A stretch of DNA of 64,000 nucleotides from Longimicrobiales bacterium. GTDB taxonomy: Bacteria; Gemmatimonadota; Gemmatimonadetes; Longimicrobiales; Gaopeijiaceae. The translations under genes and the position numbers were made by a program. Position 1 is the stretch's first letter. Every line of letters starts with the position of its first letter. The stretch is from contig CBDBCF010000001.1 in NCBI GenBank assembly GCA_965202985.1, forward strand, positions 992,001-1,056,000, written 5' to 3'. This document shows positions 28,795 through 38,179 of the stretch, piece after piece. The notes beneath the pieces were generated by a model. That model saw nothing but the letters and a program-made list of their open reading frames with translations, was not told where the DNA came from and ran no database searches.

Positions 28795-30482
28795 GCCAGA
28801 GGCGCGGCCGCAGCAACCGGCGTCGGGGCTCCCATCAACGCCAGCAGAGCCGATGCGGCCAGTGCCAACATGAGCAGGGGAGCGGCAAAGTGACGCATCC
28901 TGAAGGAAGACGGATGCCGCGTCAGGACGACCCGCTTCCATCGGCCGTAGTCCCAGTACTGTCGGGCAAGACGCCCGACGGAAGAGCGAGGCTTGTAGAT
29001 GGCGGCCATCCGGGGGTCAGGGTCGAACCAGACGACTTCGCCCCGCTGTCGCAAGCGCCAATTCAGCTCGTAGTCTTGATTGCGCACCAGGGATGCGTCG
29101 AAACCGCCCACCGCGTCCAAGGCCTGCCGTCGGAACGCGCCCAAGAAGAACGTGTCCACCGGCCCTTCGGCGCCGTCCAGCCTGTATCGGGCCCCTCCAG
29201 AGCCCAGAAGCGTGGTTATGGCCATGGCCACGGCGCGTTCGAAGAACGTCGTGCCCGCCGGATGTTGGCGGCCTCCGACGCTTGCCGCCCCGGTCCGCGC
29301 CAAGGTTTCGACGGCCCGACGCACGTACCCCGCCGTAAGGACGCTATGCGCATCGCATCGAACTACGACTTCCCCCGTCGCGACGCTCAGCGCGGCGTTG
29401 AGCCCGCACGAGGTGGTCCGCTCGGGGTTGGGGACCAGTCGCACTCGGGGATACAGCCTGCGAACGATCGACGACAGGGCAGGCGTCTCGGAACCGTCCG
29501 CCACGATCACCTCCATCGGACCGTCATAGTCCTGAGAAAGGACGGATTCGATCGCCGCCGAGATCGTGGCTTCGGCGTTCCGCGCAGGAATGATCACGGA
29601 GACCAGCGGCGGCCCCTCAGCGACCCAGGACCACGGCTGCGCCCTATGCACGTAGACTGCGTTCTCCGTCCAAGACGAGGACTCCTGCATCAACGCGACG
29701 CACTCGTCGTAGGTGGCGGCCAACAGATCTTGGGTCTCGCTGCCGAGCCTATGGCGGCTCTTGCCCGCAGGACGAAAAAACAGGCGCCCGACCAGGGGAG
29801 CGTGCTTGATGCGGCGCAACGGATCTCGAAGGTTCAGGCGGCGTAGGACGACGGCAAGCACCGTGCCGAGGGCAGCAAGCGGCACGAAACGGGCTTCCAC
29901 GGCGTCGTTGACCACGTCTTGCCGCACGGGGCCGAAATCGCCGATGCCGCACTGTGCCGACAGCACTCGGAGCACGGAGTTGGTCTGGTCGGTCAACGTG
30001 GTGAACGGAACGACGATCAGATCGGCGTTCAGCCGCATGAGACGGCGTAGGTGCGCCGGCCGCAGTCGGTCGCGGAGCGCCGCGAGTTCGAGGCGGCGCA
30101 CACCGAACCACGCCGACGGCTGACCCCGGCTCTTGCGAAAGCGCATCACGGAGACCGCCCGGCGGCGGTGGTCGCGCAAGAGCGCCACCAGGAGGACGCG
30201 AAACCCGTCGCGCCTCAACCTTGAAACGGCACCGGTCAGTGCGTGGTCCTTGTACGCCAAGTTGGCCACGTCGACGACGATTCGCCGACCGTTCGTGCCG
30301 TTTCCGCTTCTTGCCACGGCCTTCCGGAACCGACGGCGGGAACGGTAGTAGTACGCTCCTTCGGCTCGCGTCGCGTCGAGATCGGGGTGGGCCTTCAAGT
30401 TCGCAAGGAGAAACCTGGTTCCGGAACGCCCGGGGCCGGTCACCAGGAGGTAATCGTACTTCGGGCTGGGGCTCCGGCTCAC
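28482..30482 (-). CDS. P-loop/sulfotransferase-like domain fused to GT2 (ExoA-like)
   Basis: GTG 30482 overlaps upstream stop. LVTGPGRSGT..L...L..HP sulfotransferase-type P-loop; C-half VSVIIPARN, VRCDAH, NQDYELNWRLR, QYWDYGRWK, HSSWGTGF. Confidence 0.8.
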   Translation of the reverse strand: MSRSPSPKYDYLLVTGPGRSGTRFLLANLKAHPDLDATRAEGAYYYRSRRRFRKAVARSGNGTNGRRIVVDVANLAYKDHALTGAVSRLRRDGFRVLLVALLRDHRRRAVSVMRFRKSRGQPSAWFGVRRLELAALRDRLRPAHLRRLMRLNADLIVVPFTTLTDQTNSVLRVLSAQCGIGDFGPVRQDVVNDAVEARFVPLAALGTVLAVVLRRLNLRDPLRRIKHAPLVGRLFFRPAGKSRHRLGSETQDLLAATYDECVALMQESSSWTENAVYVHRAQPWSWVAEGPPLVSVIIPARNAEATISAAIESVLSQDYDGPMEVIVADGSETPALSSIVRRLYPRVRLVPNPERTTSCGLNAALSVATGEVVVRCDAHSVLTAGYVRRAVETLARTGAASVGGRQHPAGTTFFERAVAMAITTLLGSGGARYRLDGAEGPVDTFFLGAFRRQALDAVGGFDASLVRNQDYELNWRLRQRGEVVWFDPDPRMAAIYKPRSSVGRLARQYWDYGRWKRVVLTRHPSSFRMRHFAAPLLMLALAASALLALMGAPTPVAAAAPLAYLGALVVGSSIAGVRRRDWAGLLLPLVLATMHSSWGTGFLFPSRPKGPSSAPDRTGGRRARPGVQNPTPQLKCMVASTKGSPNAAGSPRRRPTTTEPATSESA

Positions 30483-30688
30483 CCGCACGCCTCCGGGTGC
30501 GGCTCCAGCCATTCCGTCAGCGCTTCGGCCGCCCACTGGTGGCCAGCAGCGCTCCAGTGGCAGTCGTGGGCCCAGTGCGCATCCTCGATGCGGCCGCTCT
30601 GGCGCGCGGTGCAGCCGAGCTGGTCGATGACGGGAATGCTCCGGGGCGACTGCGGCGCGTCCACCAGATCGAACAGCATGTCGCCCAT
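30479..30688 (-). pseudogene. C-terminal remnant of SGNH/AlgX-like acetyltransferase/esterase
   Basis: DCHWSAAGHQWAAEAL matches the SGNH block V DxHW...GH motif. Only 69 codons; upstream frame is broken. Confidence 0.55.
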
Positions 30689-30922
30689 CGGATTACGACG
30701 CGAGCATGGCTAGCACAAAGCTGTCCAGGCCGCCAAAACGGACCGGCAACGAAACTCGGTCTTGCTGCGGGCGCAGACCTCCGCTACGCACACGACGGCG
30801 GCCAGTCCGCCCGCGTTGAAGACGGCGACGCGCGCGACCGCCCGCGAAGTCTGGCATCACGCGACCTGGCGTCTCGACATGCGCCCCTCCGGCGTCGGTT
30901 CGGGAGTCGGGTACCGCCAAGG

Positions 30923-32209
30923 CTAGCAAGCCTTCGCCGACTCGTGCAAGACTGCCGAGCGTCTTTCGGCCGCACGGGCGTGGGCTTCCAGACCCTCCAT
31001 GCGGGCCAGCGCGGCGGCGTCTTGGGCGATCTGTTCGAGGCCGGGGCCGGCGGCCAAGCGCACCCACGACGGCCGACGCAGGAACGAGAACACGGAGAGC
31101 CCGCCGTGGAAGCGGGCCGTTCCCCCCGTCGGCAGGGTATGGTTGGGGCCGATGCCGTAGTCGCCCAGCACCTCGGCTGCGGCGGCCCCCACGAAGACGG
31201 CGCCGAAGGCGTCCAGCAGCTCGGCCCAGCGGTCGGCCCGCGCGCCGTGGATCGCCAAGTGTTCGGGAGCTAGTTCTTGGCAGCAGCGCAGCGCGTCGTC
31301 CTCGGGGGCGACCACGGCGAAGCCGTTCCGCAGGGCGGCAGCGGCGGTGCTCGCGGTGGGGAGTCCCGCCAGCTGATTGGCCAGCTCGCGGTCGACGCGC
31401 TCGGCGAGGGCGCGGGAAGGCGTGACCAAAACCGGCAGGGCGGCGGTGTCGTGCTCGGCCTGGGCCAGCAGGTCCGCTGCGACCAGCGCCGGGTCGGCAT
31501 CTTGGTCCGCCAGGACGACCAGCTCCGACGGGCCGGCCAGAAGATCGATGCCCACCACGCCGGACAGAAGCAGCTTGGCGCCGGTGACCCACTGGTTTCC
31601 GGGTCCTGCCACGACATCGCAACGGGGCGCCGGCGGCACGCCGTGCGCCAGGGCCGCCACGGCTTGGGCGCCCCCCGCGGCCAGCACCCCGTCCACCCCG
31701 GCCACGGACGCCGCCGCCATGACGTGGGGCGACGGATCGGGAGACGCCAGCCAAACTGCGCGAACCCCTGCAACGCGCGCCGTGACCGCCGTCATGAGCA
31801 CCGACGACGGCAGGGGGAACCAGCCGCCCGGCGCGTAGCATCCCGCCGTCCGCACGGGCACGAGCCGGTCGCCGGCCCACCCGCCGAGCACTTTGGTCCG
31901 GGCGGGCGCCGCGGCATCGAGTTGCGCGCGGGCGAAGTGCGCGATCCGGTCCGCCGTGCGGCGCAACAGGTCCTGGTCGGCCCCAGGCAGCGACGCGAGG
32001 GCCTGCTTCAGTTCGTCGGGAGTCCGAAGCAGCGGCGCTCCCGGAGGCAGTCGATCCCAACGTTCGGCGTATTCCCGGAGGGCGGGCTCGCCGCGGGTCC
32101 GGACAGCGGTTACGATTTCGGAGATCCGCGGCAGCATCTCGGGCGCCACGACCGGAGACCGGGCCTTGGCCGCCTGGGCCGCGTCCACGCGCCGCAACAC
32201 CGGGTTCAC
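30923..32209 (-). CDS. hisD: Histidinol dehydrogenase
   Basis: GCYAPGG..PLPSSVLM, GGAQAVAALA, GPGNQWV, IDLLAGPSE, DLLAQAEHD, APEHL, GDYGIGPNHTLPT. Confidence 0.95.
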   Translation of the reverse strand: MNPVLRRVDAAQAAKARSPVVAPEMLPRISEIVTAVRTRGEPALREYAERWDRLPPGAPLLRTPDELKQALASLPGADQDLLRRTADRIAHFARAQLDAAAPARTKVLGGWAGDRLVPVRTAGCYAPGGWFPLPSSVLMTAVTARVAGVRAVWLASPDPSPHVMAAASVAGVDGVLAAGGAQAVAALAHGVPPAPRCDVVAGPGNQWVTGAKLLLSGVVGIDLLAGPSELVVLADQDADPALVAADLLAQAEHDTAALPVLVTPSRALAERVDRELANQLAGLPTASTAAAALRNGFAVVAPEDDALRCCQELAPEHLAIHGARADRWAELLDAFGAVFVGAAAAEVLGDYGIGPNHTLPTGGTARFHGGLSVFSFLRRPSWVRLAAGPGLEQIAQDAAALARMEGLEAHARAAERRSAVLHESAKAC

Positions 32210-33510
32210 GCGTCCTCCGCCAAGCCCGCCCCGGCCGCCGCCGCGCCCTTCGGCGGCGAGACGGGCCTGCGCGAGACCCTGGCGCGCCTGCGGTCTAGCT
32301 CGCGCTCCACATCGGCGAGGTCCGCACCCGCTCGCGCCAGCGCGACGGCCAGGAAGTAGAGCAGGTCCGCGGCCTCTTCCACAACCCGCTCCCGGCCTTG
32401 GGCCTCGCCCACTTCCGCGGCTTCCTCGACCAGCTTGCCGCGCAGGAAACGCGCGTCGCCTTCGTCCGACAAGAGTCGGCTGGAGAGCGATCCGGCCACG
32501 GGGGCGTCCCGCCGCTCGGTCAGCAGCCGCTCCAGCGCCTGGAGCCCGCGGGCGGGCCCGAAGCACGTCCATTCGCCCTGGTGGCAGAAGCCGCGTCCCT
32601 GTTGCGCGACGGTGAAGCGGAGCGCGTCCCGGTCGCAGTCGGCGTCGATGTACAGCAGCCGCTGGACGTCGCCCGAGGATTCGCCCTTCCGCCAAAGACC
32701 CCGGCGACGGGAGTGGTAGACGCCCCTTCCCTCTTCGACGGAGGCGCGCACGCTCTCGGCGCTAGACCAGACCAGCCCCAACGCGGCGCCCCGGTCGTCG
32801 CACACCACGGTCGGCCACAGTTGGTCCGGCCGCTCGCTGGTCAGCGGGGCCGTGAAGGCGCGCGCCAAGTCCAAGGTCCCCCGGTACAGCGACATGCCCA
32901 CCTGCGCGCCGACGCCAAGCCGGTCCAGCCAAGCCACCTCCGCCGCCGTCGTGACGCCGCCGGCCACGGTGAGCCGCGCCGGGCGCGCCGCCTCCGTCAA
33001 GCCAGCGGCCTCTTCGCGAGGGAACCCGGCTTCCTTGCCTTCGCCCTCCACAAACGTGACCAGGAACTCGCCCACCAAGCCCCGCAGCGCCTCGATCCCC
33101 TGGCGGACGGTCCGCCCCGTCCGTTCCGTCCACCCCTTCACCACGACCTCGCCCTTCCAGGCGTCCAGTGCCGCCACCACTCGCTGCGGCGGCAAGCGCT
33201 CCAGCACTTCGGGAACCGCCGCCGTTCCCAACACCACCTTTGCGGCGCCCCGGTCCAGCCACCGCATCGCGTCGTCCCGGCTGCGTATGCCGCCGCCTAC
33301 CCGGCACCGCGCCAAACTGCACAGCTCCTGCACCACATCCGCGTTGGACCCCCTCCCCAGCGCGGCGTCCAAGTCCACCACGGCCACCTCGCCCACGCGC
33401 CCGAAGCGCTCCGCCAGGGGCCGCGGGTCGCCCGCGTCCAGCACCTTCTTCCGGCCCTGGACGAGCTGGACGGCGCGCCCGTCCATGAGATCGATCGACG
33501 GGACGATCAC
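32206..33510 (-). CDS. hisAIE: HisA-like isomerase fused to PR-AMP cyclohydrolase (HisI) and PR-ATP pyrophosphatase (HisE)
   Basis: IVPSIDLMDGRAVQLVQG, VDLDAA, VGGGIRS, ALDA..G.V..KGW; then SR..LWRKGESSG, DCDRDAL, CH...TCF; then KLVEEAAE, EAADLLY. Confidence 0.85.
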   Translation of the reverse strand: MIVPSIDLMDGRAVQLVQGRKKVLDAGDPRPLAERFGRVGEVAVVDLDAALGRGSNADVVQELCSLARCRVGGGIRSRDDAMRWLDRGAAKVVLGTAAVPEVLERLPPQRVVAALDAWKGEVVVKGWTERTGRTVRQGIEALRGLVGEFLVTFVEGEGKEAGFPREEAAGLTEAARPARLTVAGGVTTAAEVAWLDRLGVGAQVGMSLYRGTLDLARAFTAPLTSERPDQLWPTVVCDDRGAALGLVWSSAESVRASVEEGRGVYHSRRRGLWRKGESSGDVQRLLYIDADCDRDALRFTVAQQGRGFCHQGEWTCFGPARGLQALERLLTERRDAPVAGSLSSRLLSDEGDARFLRGKLVEEAAEVGEAQGRERVVEEAADLLYFLAVALARAGADLADVERELDRRRARVSRRPVSPPKGAAAAGAGLAEDA

Positions 33511-34319
33511 GGCGCTTGGGCGCCTCCCGCCCCCGCCGGCGCGTTCCCCTCTTGAAACCGAGGCCGCACCGGCACGCCCAGGTCTTGCAGGGCGTCCTTG
33601 ATCCCGTCCACCGTCCACGCCGCCTGGTGGAAGATCGACGCCGCCAGCACGGCGTCGGCGCCGGCGTCGACCGCGCGGGCCATGTGGTCGGGCGACTCCG
33701 CTCCACCCGACGCGACGATCGGCACCGACGTCGCGGCGCGCACCTGCCGCACCAGCGTCAAGTCGTACCCCGTCCTGGTCCCGTCGCGGTCCACGCTGGT
33801 CAGCAGGATCTCGCCGGCCCCGGCTCGGGCCGCCGCCGTGGCCCACGCCACCGCATCCAAGCCCGTCGGCTCCGTGCCCGAGCGGACTATCACTTGGTAG
33901 CTTCCGTCGCCGGCCGCTGCCGCGTCCACGGCCACCACCACGCATTGGCTGCCGAAGCGGGCCGCCAGCTCCGAGAGCAGGTCGGGCCGACGCACGGCCG
34001 CCGTGTTGACCGCCACCTTGTCGGCCCCCGCTTCCAGAAGCGCCGCAGCGTCCTGGGTCCGAGTCACGCCGCCGCCGACCGCCAGGGGCACCGACAGCCG
34101 CTCGCGCACCGCCCGCACCGTCTGCAGCCGAGCGCTCCGGCCCTCGGAAGTGGCCGACACGTCCAGCACCACCACCTCGTCGGCCCCCTGCGCTTCGTAG
34201 AGGCCGGCAAGGGCGGCGGGGCTGCCTTGATCGGCAAGCTCCTTGAAGGCGACGCCCTTGACCACGCGGCCGTTTCGCACGTCGAGGCAAGGTACCACGC
34301 GGACGGGCAGACGGGTCAC
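33507..34319 (-). CDS. hisF: Imidazole glycerol phosphate synthase cyclase subunit
   Basis: RVVPCLDV..GRVVKG, GADE..LDV, FGSQCVVVAVDA, GAGEILLTSVDRDGT, ASGGA, LAASIFH. Confidence 0.95.
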   Translation of the reverse strand: MTRLPVRVVPCLDVRNGRVVKGVAFKELADQGSPAALAGLYEAQGADEVVVLDVSATSEGRSARLQTVRAVRERLSVPLAVGGGVTRTQDAAALLEAGADKVAVNTAAVRRPDLLSELAARFGSQCVVVAVDAAAAGDGSYQVIVRSGTEPTGLDAVAWATAAARAGAGEILLTSVDRDGTRTGYDLTLVRQVRAATSVPIVASGGAESPDHMARAVDAGADAVLAASIFHQAAWTVDGIKDALQDLGVPVRPRFQEGNAPAGAGGAQAP

Positions 34320-34933
34320 GCCGCCACCCAGCGCGAGAGCAGCGCGCGACCGTAGGCGCCCGAGAGTTCCGGGTGGAACTGGCAGGCCACCACGGCGCCG
34401 CGTTCGGCGGCCGCCAGGAAGGGACCTCCATAGTGCGACCAGGCCGAGCGCCAGGATGCCGCGTTCGCATTCGCCGGTCCAGTCAGTCGATACGAGTTCG
34501 CGAAGTAGGCGAAGCCCCTGGGGACGATCCGGCAACCGTCGTCGGGCACGACCTCGTTCCAGCCCATTTGGGGCACGCGCACCCCGTCGCCGTAGCGCTG
34601 GGCCACGCCGTTCAGCGCGCCCAGTCCGGGCGTCCCGGGCGCTTCTCGACTGCCGGCCGCCATCAGCTGCATCCCGAGACATATCCCCAGCGTGGGCCGT
34701 CCCGCGGCGATCCGGTCGCCAAGGGCCTCGGCCAAGCTGTCCGCCGCCACCGCCCTCCACGCGGCCGCGAAGGCGCCCACCCCCGGCAGCACGACGCGAG
34801 CGGCGCGGGCCACGGCGCGGGCATCCGATACGAAGCGCACGGCGCACCCGAGCCGCTCGAAGGCCACCCCGACCGAGGCCAAGTTTGCCGTGCTGGTGCG
34901 CACCACCGACACGGGGCGGGTCAGGGGCGTCAC
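34316..34933 (-). CDS. hisH: Imidazole glycerol phosphate synthase glutaminase subunit
   Basis: LPGVGAF, LGICLGMQL, VPQMGWN, QFHPE. Confidence 0.93.
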   Translation of the reverse strand: MTPLTRPVSVVRTSTANLASVGVAFERLGCAVRFVSDARAVARAARVVLPGVGAFAAAWRAVAADSLAEALGDRIAAGRPTLGICLGMQLMAAGSREAPGTPGLGALNGVAQRYGDGVRVPQMGWNEVVPDDGCRIVPRGFAYFANSYRLTGPANANAASWRSAWSHYGGPFLAAAERGAVVACQFHPELSGAYGRALLSRWVAA

Positions 34934-35538
34934 AGCACCCCTTTGGTGGAGGGGACTTCGCCGGCCGGGACCGCCCCGCCGTCGCGCTTGGCGAAGGCCG
35001 CGCGGAGCGCCAAGGCCACGGACTTGAAGGCGGCCTCGGCGCGGTGGTGGTCGTTGGCGCCGCGGAGCACGTCCACGTGCAGCGCCAGCTTGGCTGCCTG
35101 GGCGAACGATTGGAAGAAGTGCGGGACCATCTCGCACGACATCGCGCCCAGCCGATCTCGGCGGAGCGTCAAGTCGCCCGCGAAGCACGGCCGACCCGAG
35201 GCGTCGGCCACGGCCCGAGCGAGCGCCTCGTCCAACGGAGCATAGGACCATCCGAAGCGCACGATCCCCTCTCGGCCCCCCAGCGCCTGGTCCACGGCGG
35301 CCCCCAATGCCAGCCCCACATCTTCCACGGTGTGGTGGTCGTCCACGTTCAGGTCGCCCTCGCAGGACACGTCCAGGTCCCAGCCGGCGTGGAACCCCAA
35401 GGCGTGGAGCACGTGGTCGAAGAAGCCGATGCCCGTGTCGGCGCGCACGGCGCCCGCGCCGTCCAACGTCACGCAAACCCGCACCCGGGTCTCGCCGGTG
35501 GCTCGCGCCGCCTCTGCGCGTCGGCCTTCGTCTTTCAT
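34930..35538 (-). CDS. hisB: Imidazoleglycerol-phosphate dehydratase
   Basis: RATGET, TGIGFFDH, DDHHTVED, PLDEAL, NDHHRAEAAFK, PSTKGVL. Confidence 0.95.
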   Translation of the reverse strand: MKDEGRRAEAARATGETRVRVCVTLDGAGAVRADTGIGFFDHVLHALGFHAGWDLDVSCEGDLNVDDHHTVEDVGLALGAAVDQALGGREGIVRFGWSYAPLDEALARAVADASGRPCFAGDLTLRRDRLGAMSCEMVPHFFQSFAQAAKLALHVDVLRGANDHHRAEAAFKSVALALRAAFAKRDGGAVPAGEVPSTKGVL

Positions 35539-37301
35539 GGCAGTACTCCTTCGAAGTCTGCGCTTGCGCGGACCATGCGAGCTGCGCCCGCCTGGTCCAG
35601 CGCGCAATGCATGCCGTTGCCAGCGCCGGGGGCCAAGACGCCGATCGGCACCACGCCGGCGCGCCGGGCCGCGTTCACGTCGTCGGGCGTGTCGCCCAGC
35701 ATCCACCCCGAGCGCGCGCGCAACTGGGTCATGGCGGCGCGCACGGGCGCCGGGTCCGGCTTGAGGGGGGCGTCCTCGCGGCACACCACGGCGCCGAAGA
35801 TGTCGCGGATCCGGTGCTCGTCCAGGAAGCGCTCGGCGTCTCGGCGCGGCCTGCCGGTGACCACGCCCAGCTTGAAGGAGCGCGCCAGCGCGGCCAAGTG
35901 TTCGCGATCGGGAACAAGTGTTTCGCGACGGCGCAGGCCGGGTGCCGAATCCGTGCCTTGGTAGGCCTCTTCGAAACGACGCCGGACCTGGGCGAGCGTT
36001 GCGGACACGCCGGCCTCGGCCAGCAATGTTTGCGTCAATGCCCAGTCGTCGTTGGCGTGGCCGCGGGCCTTGGCCGCCTCGATCTCCGCCGGGCCGGCGC
36101 GAACGCCGAACGACGCGCACGCCGCCACGATCGCTTCCCGGTAGGAACGGCTCACGTCGGCCAGCACGCCGTCCATGTCGAAGAGCACGGCTTCGGGTCG
36201 CATCAGGCAGCGCATGGCCTGCTCCAGCCGGTCGAACTCGCCGTCGTCGCGGGGGACGGTGATGCGCACGAACCCCGGCAGGTGCTCGAAGTGCCGGACC
36301 CGCACGCCCTGGGCCGCGAGCCCGCGCAGAACCCACTGGGCGCCCGAGTCGTCGAGAGCGGCCGTGCCGTCCCGAGCAACTGCGCCGCCCCCGGCAGCCG
36401 CGCCTTCCGCTGGATACCGGGCCAAGACGAAGTTCGTCCACGACGGCTGGGGCACGCCGCCCGTCTCGCGCACCAAAGCCGCAAGCCGCTCCCGGCCGGC
36501 CCGCGCGTAAGCCACGAACTTCCGCATCCGGGCTTGGCCCCGCTCCAACCGATCCCGCCCCAAAACCAGCGCGGGACCGCTCAGCGGATACGGGCCGCCG
36601 AACCCGCGCACCGCGGCAATCCGTTCCTGGGTACCCACGACGAAGCCGATGCGCAGTCCCGCCAGACCCCAGCACTTGGACATGGTGCGGATCTGCAACA
36701 CGTTCGGCAGGTCGGCCAGGACGCCGTCGTCCTCCGGGTTGCCGAACTCGGCGTAGGCCCGGTCCACCACCAGAGGTACGCCCTCGGGCAGGTCGCGCGC
36801 CAGTCCGGCCAACTCGTCCGCCGGGAACGCCCAGCCGGTCGGGTTGTCGGGAGACACGACGACGACCAAGCCAGTGCGCTCGTTCACGGCGTCGAGGATC
36901 GGGTCGCGGGGGAAGGTCCCCCATTCGTAATCCAGCGCCGCTAGCCGACCGCGGGCCATGCGGGCGTAGGCCGGGATCATGTAGAAGGTGGGAACCAGGT
37001 GGACTAGTTCGCGGTCCGGGTCCAGGTACGCGCGACAGACGCGATCGATTGCGTCGTCGGCGCCCGTGGTGGCCAGGACGCGCTCGGGGCCGACGCCCAA
37101 GTACGCAGCGTAGGCCTCCTCCAGCGGCGCGGGGTCGCCGTAGTCGCGGAGGATGCCGGGGCCCAGCCGACGCAAGAGGTCGAAGCATTCCTGCGGGGGC
37201 GGTTCGCCCTCGTTCATGGCCAGGTCGAGCACGGGCGCGGCGGGCCGAGCCGCCTCGAGGCCGGGCGGGGCCGGGCTGGGCTGGGCGAAGTCGGGCTTCA
37301 T
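35535..37301 (-). CDS. hisC: Histidinol-phosphate aminotransferase fused to a HAD-family phosphatase
   Basis: NE, PTF, SPDNPTG, DRAY, RTMSKCWGLAGLRIG; C-terminal HAD domain LFDMDGVLAD, VTGR, KPDP, GDTPDD. Confidence 0.88.
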   Translation of the reverse strand: MKPDFAQPSPAPPGLEAARPAAPVLDLAMNEGEPPPQECFDLLRRLGPGILRDYGDPAPLEEAYAAYLGVGPERVLATTGADDAIDRVCRAYLDPDRELVHLVPTFYMIPAYARMARGRLAALDYEWGTFPRDPILDAVNERTGLVVVVSPDNPTGWAFPADELAGLARDLPEGVPLVVDRAYAEFGNPEDDGVLADLPNVLQIRTMSKCWGLAGLRIGFVVGTQERIAAVRGFGGPYPLSGPALVLGRDRLERGQARMRKFVAYARAGRERLAALVRETGGVPQPSWTNFVLARYPAEGAAAGGGAVARDGTAALDDSGAQWVLRGLAAQGVRVRHFEHLPGFVRITVPRDDGEFDRLEQAMRCLMRPEAVLFDMDGVLADVSRSYREAIVAACASFGVRAGPAEIEAAKARGHANDDWALTQTLLAEAGVSATLAQVRRRFEEAYQGTDSAPGLRRRETLVPDREHLAALARSFKLGVVTGRPRRDAERFLDEHRIRDIFGAVVCREDAPLKPDPAPVRAAMTQLRARSGWMLGDTPDDVNAARRAGVVPIGVLAPGAGNGMHCALDQAGAARMVRASADFEGVLP

Positions 37302-38179
37302 GGCACGATCTGTCGAGGCCGCGAGACCACCAAGTCGGTGGCGCCCCGGGCTTTCGCGTCCAAGAGCAGCGCGGGCAGCCCTCTGCGCGGCACGGCGGCA
37401 CGGATCGCGTACCCTCCGTCGCCGTGGAGCCGCGACACGGTCGGTTCGCGCATGCACGGCAGCACCGACGCCACCTCGTCGAAGTCGGCTTCCGACACGT
37501 TGAGCTCGAGCATGACCCGGCTGCGCGCCGCCAGTACCGACGAGAGCAGCAAGACCAAGTCCTCCACCAAGCGCCTGCAACTGGGGTTGGCCAACGAGGC
37601 CCGGTTGGCGTAGAGCCGAGTGGAGGAGCGCATGAGGGTGTCCGCCACCGTCAGCCCGTTCTGTCGCAGGGTGGCGCCGCTCGCCACGTTGTCCACGATC
37701 AGGTCCGCGTCTTCGGGCGGGAAGACTTCGGTGGCTCCGTACGAGCGGACGAAGACGGCGTCGAAGGGCTGGTCGGCGATCCATGCCTCTGCGAGTCGGG
37801 CGTACTCGGACGCCACTACCAACGGCCGGTCCGCCCGAACGCGACCGTCGGAAAGCAGGCTGTCCGGCGCCGCCGCAACCACGCGAACGGGGTCCAGTCC
37901 CGTGTCCAGCAGCTCCACCAAGTCCGCGTCCAGCTCCGCAACCCAGTCGGCTCCTGCGAACCCGGCGTCCCGGGAGCCGGCCTGCAGCATCTCCACGACG
38001 TTTCGCGGATTCAGGAGCTTGGCCTGGAAGCCCGCTAGCGAGAGCGACGGACGGTAGCTCCGCTCGCCGAGATGAACGTCCACGCCCGCGTCGGCCAGGA
38101 GGCCCATGACGCCGGCCTGCATCCGTCCCTTGGGCAAGGCGATCCGGGCCGCCGCTCGGGCGCCGTCGGCTCGGCTCAC
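37298..38179 (-). CDS. hisG: ATP phosphoribosyltransferase (long form)
   Basis: IALPKGR, GADWVAE, GATEVFP, DLIVD..SGATLRQNGL, C-terminal regulatory domain with PTVS.L. Confidence 0.93.
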   Translation of the reverse strand: MSRADGARAAARIALPKGRMQAGVMGLLADAGVDVHLGERSYRPSLSLAGFQAKLLNPRNVVEMLQAGSRDAGFAGADWVAELDADLVELLDTGLDPVRVVAAAPDSLLSDGRVRADRPLVVASEYARLAEAWIADQPFDAVFVRSYGATEVFPPEDADLIVDNVASGATLRQNGLTVADTLMRSSTRLYANRASLANPSCRRLVEDLVLLLSSVLAARSRVMLELNVSEADFDEVASVLPCMREPTVSRLHGDGGYAIRAAVPRRGLPALLLDAKARGATDLVVSRPRQIVP

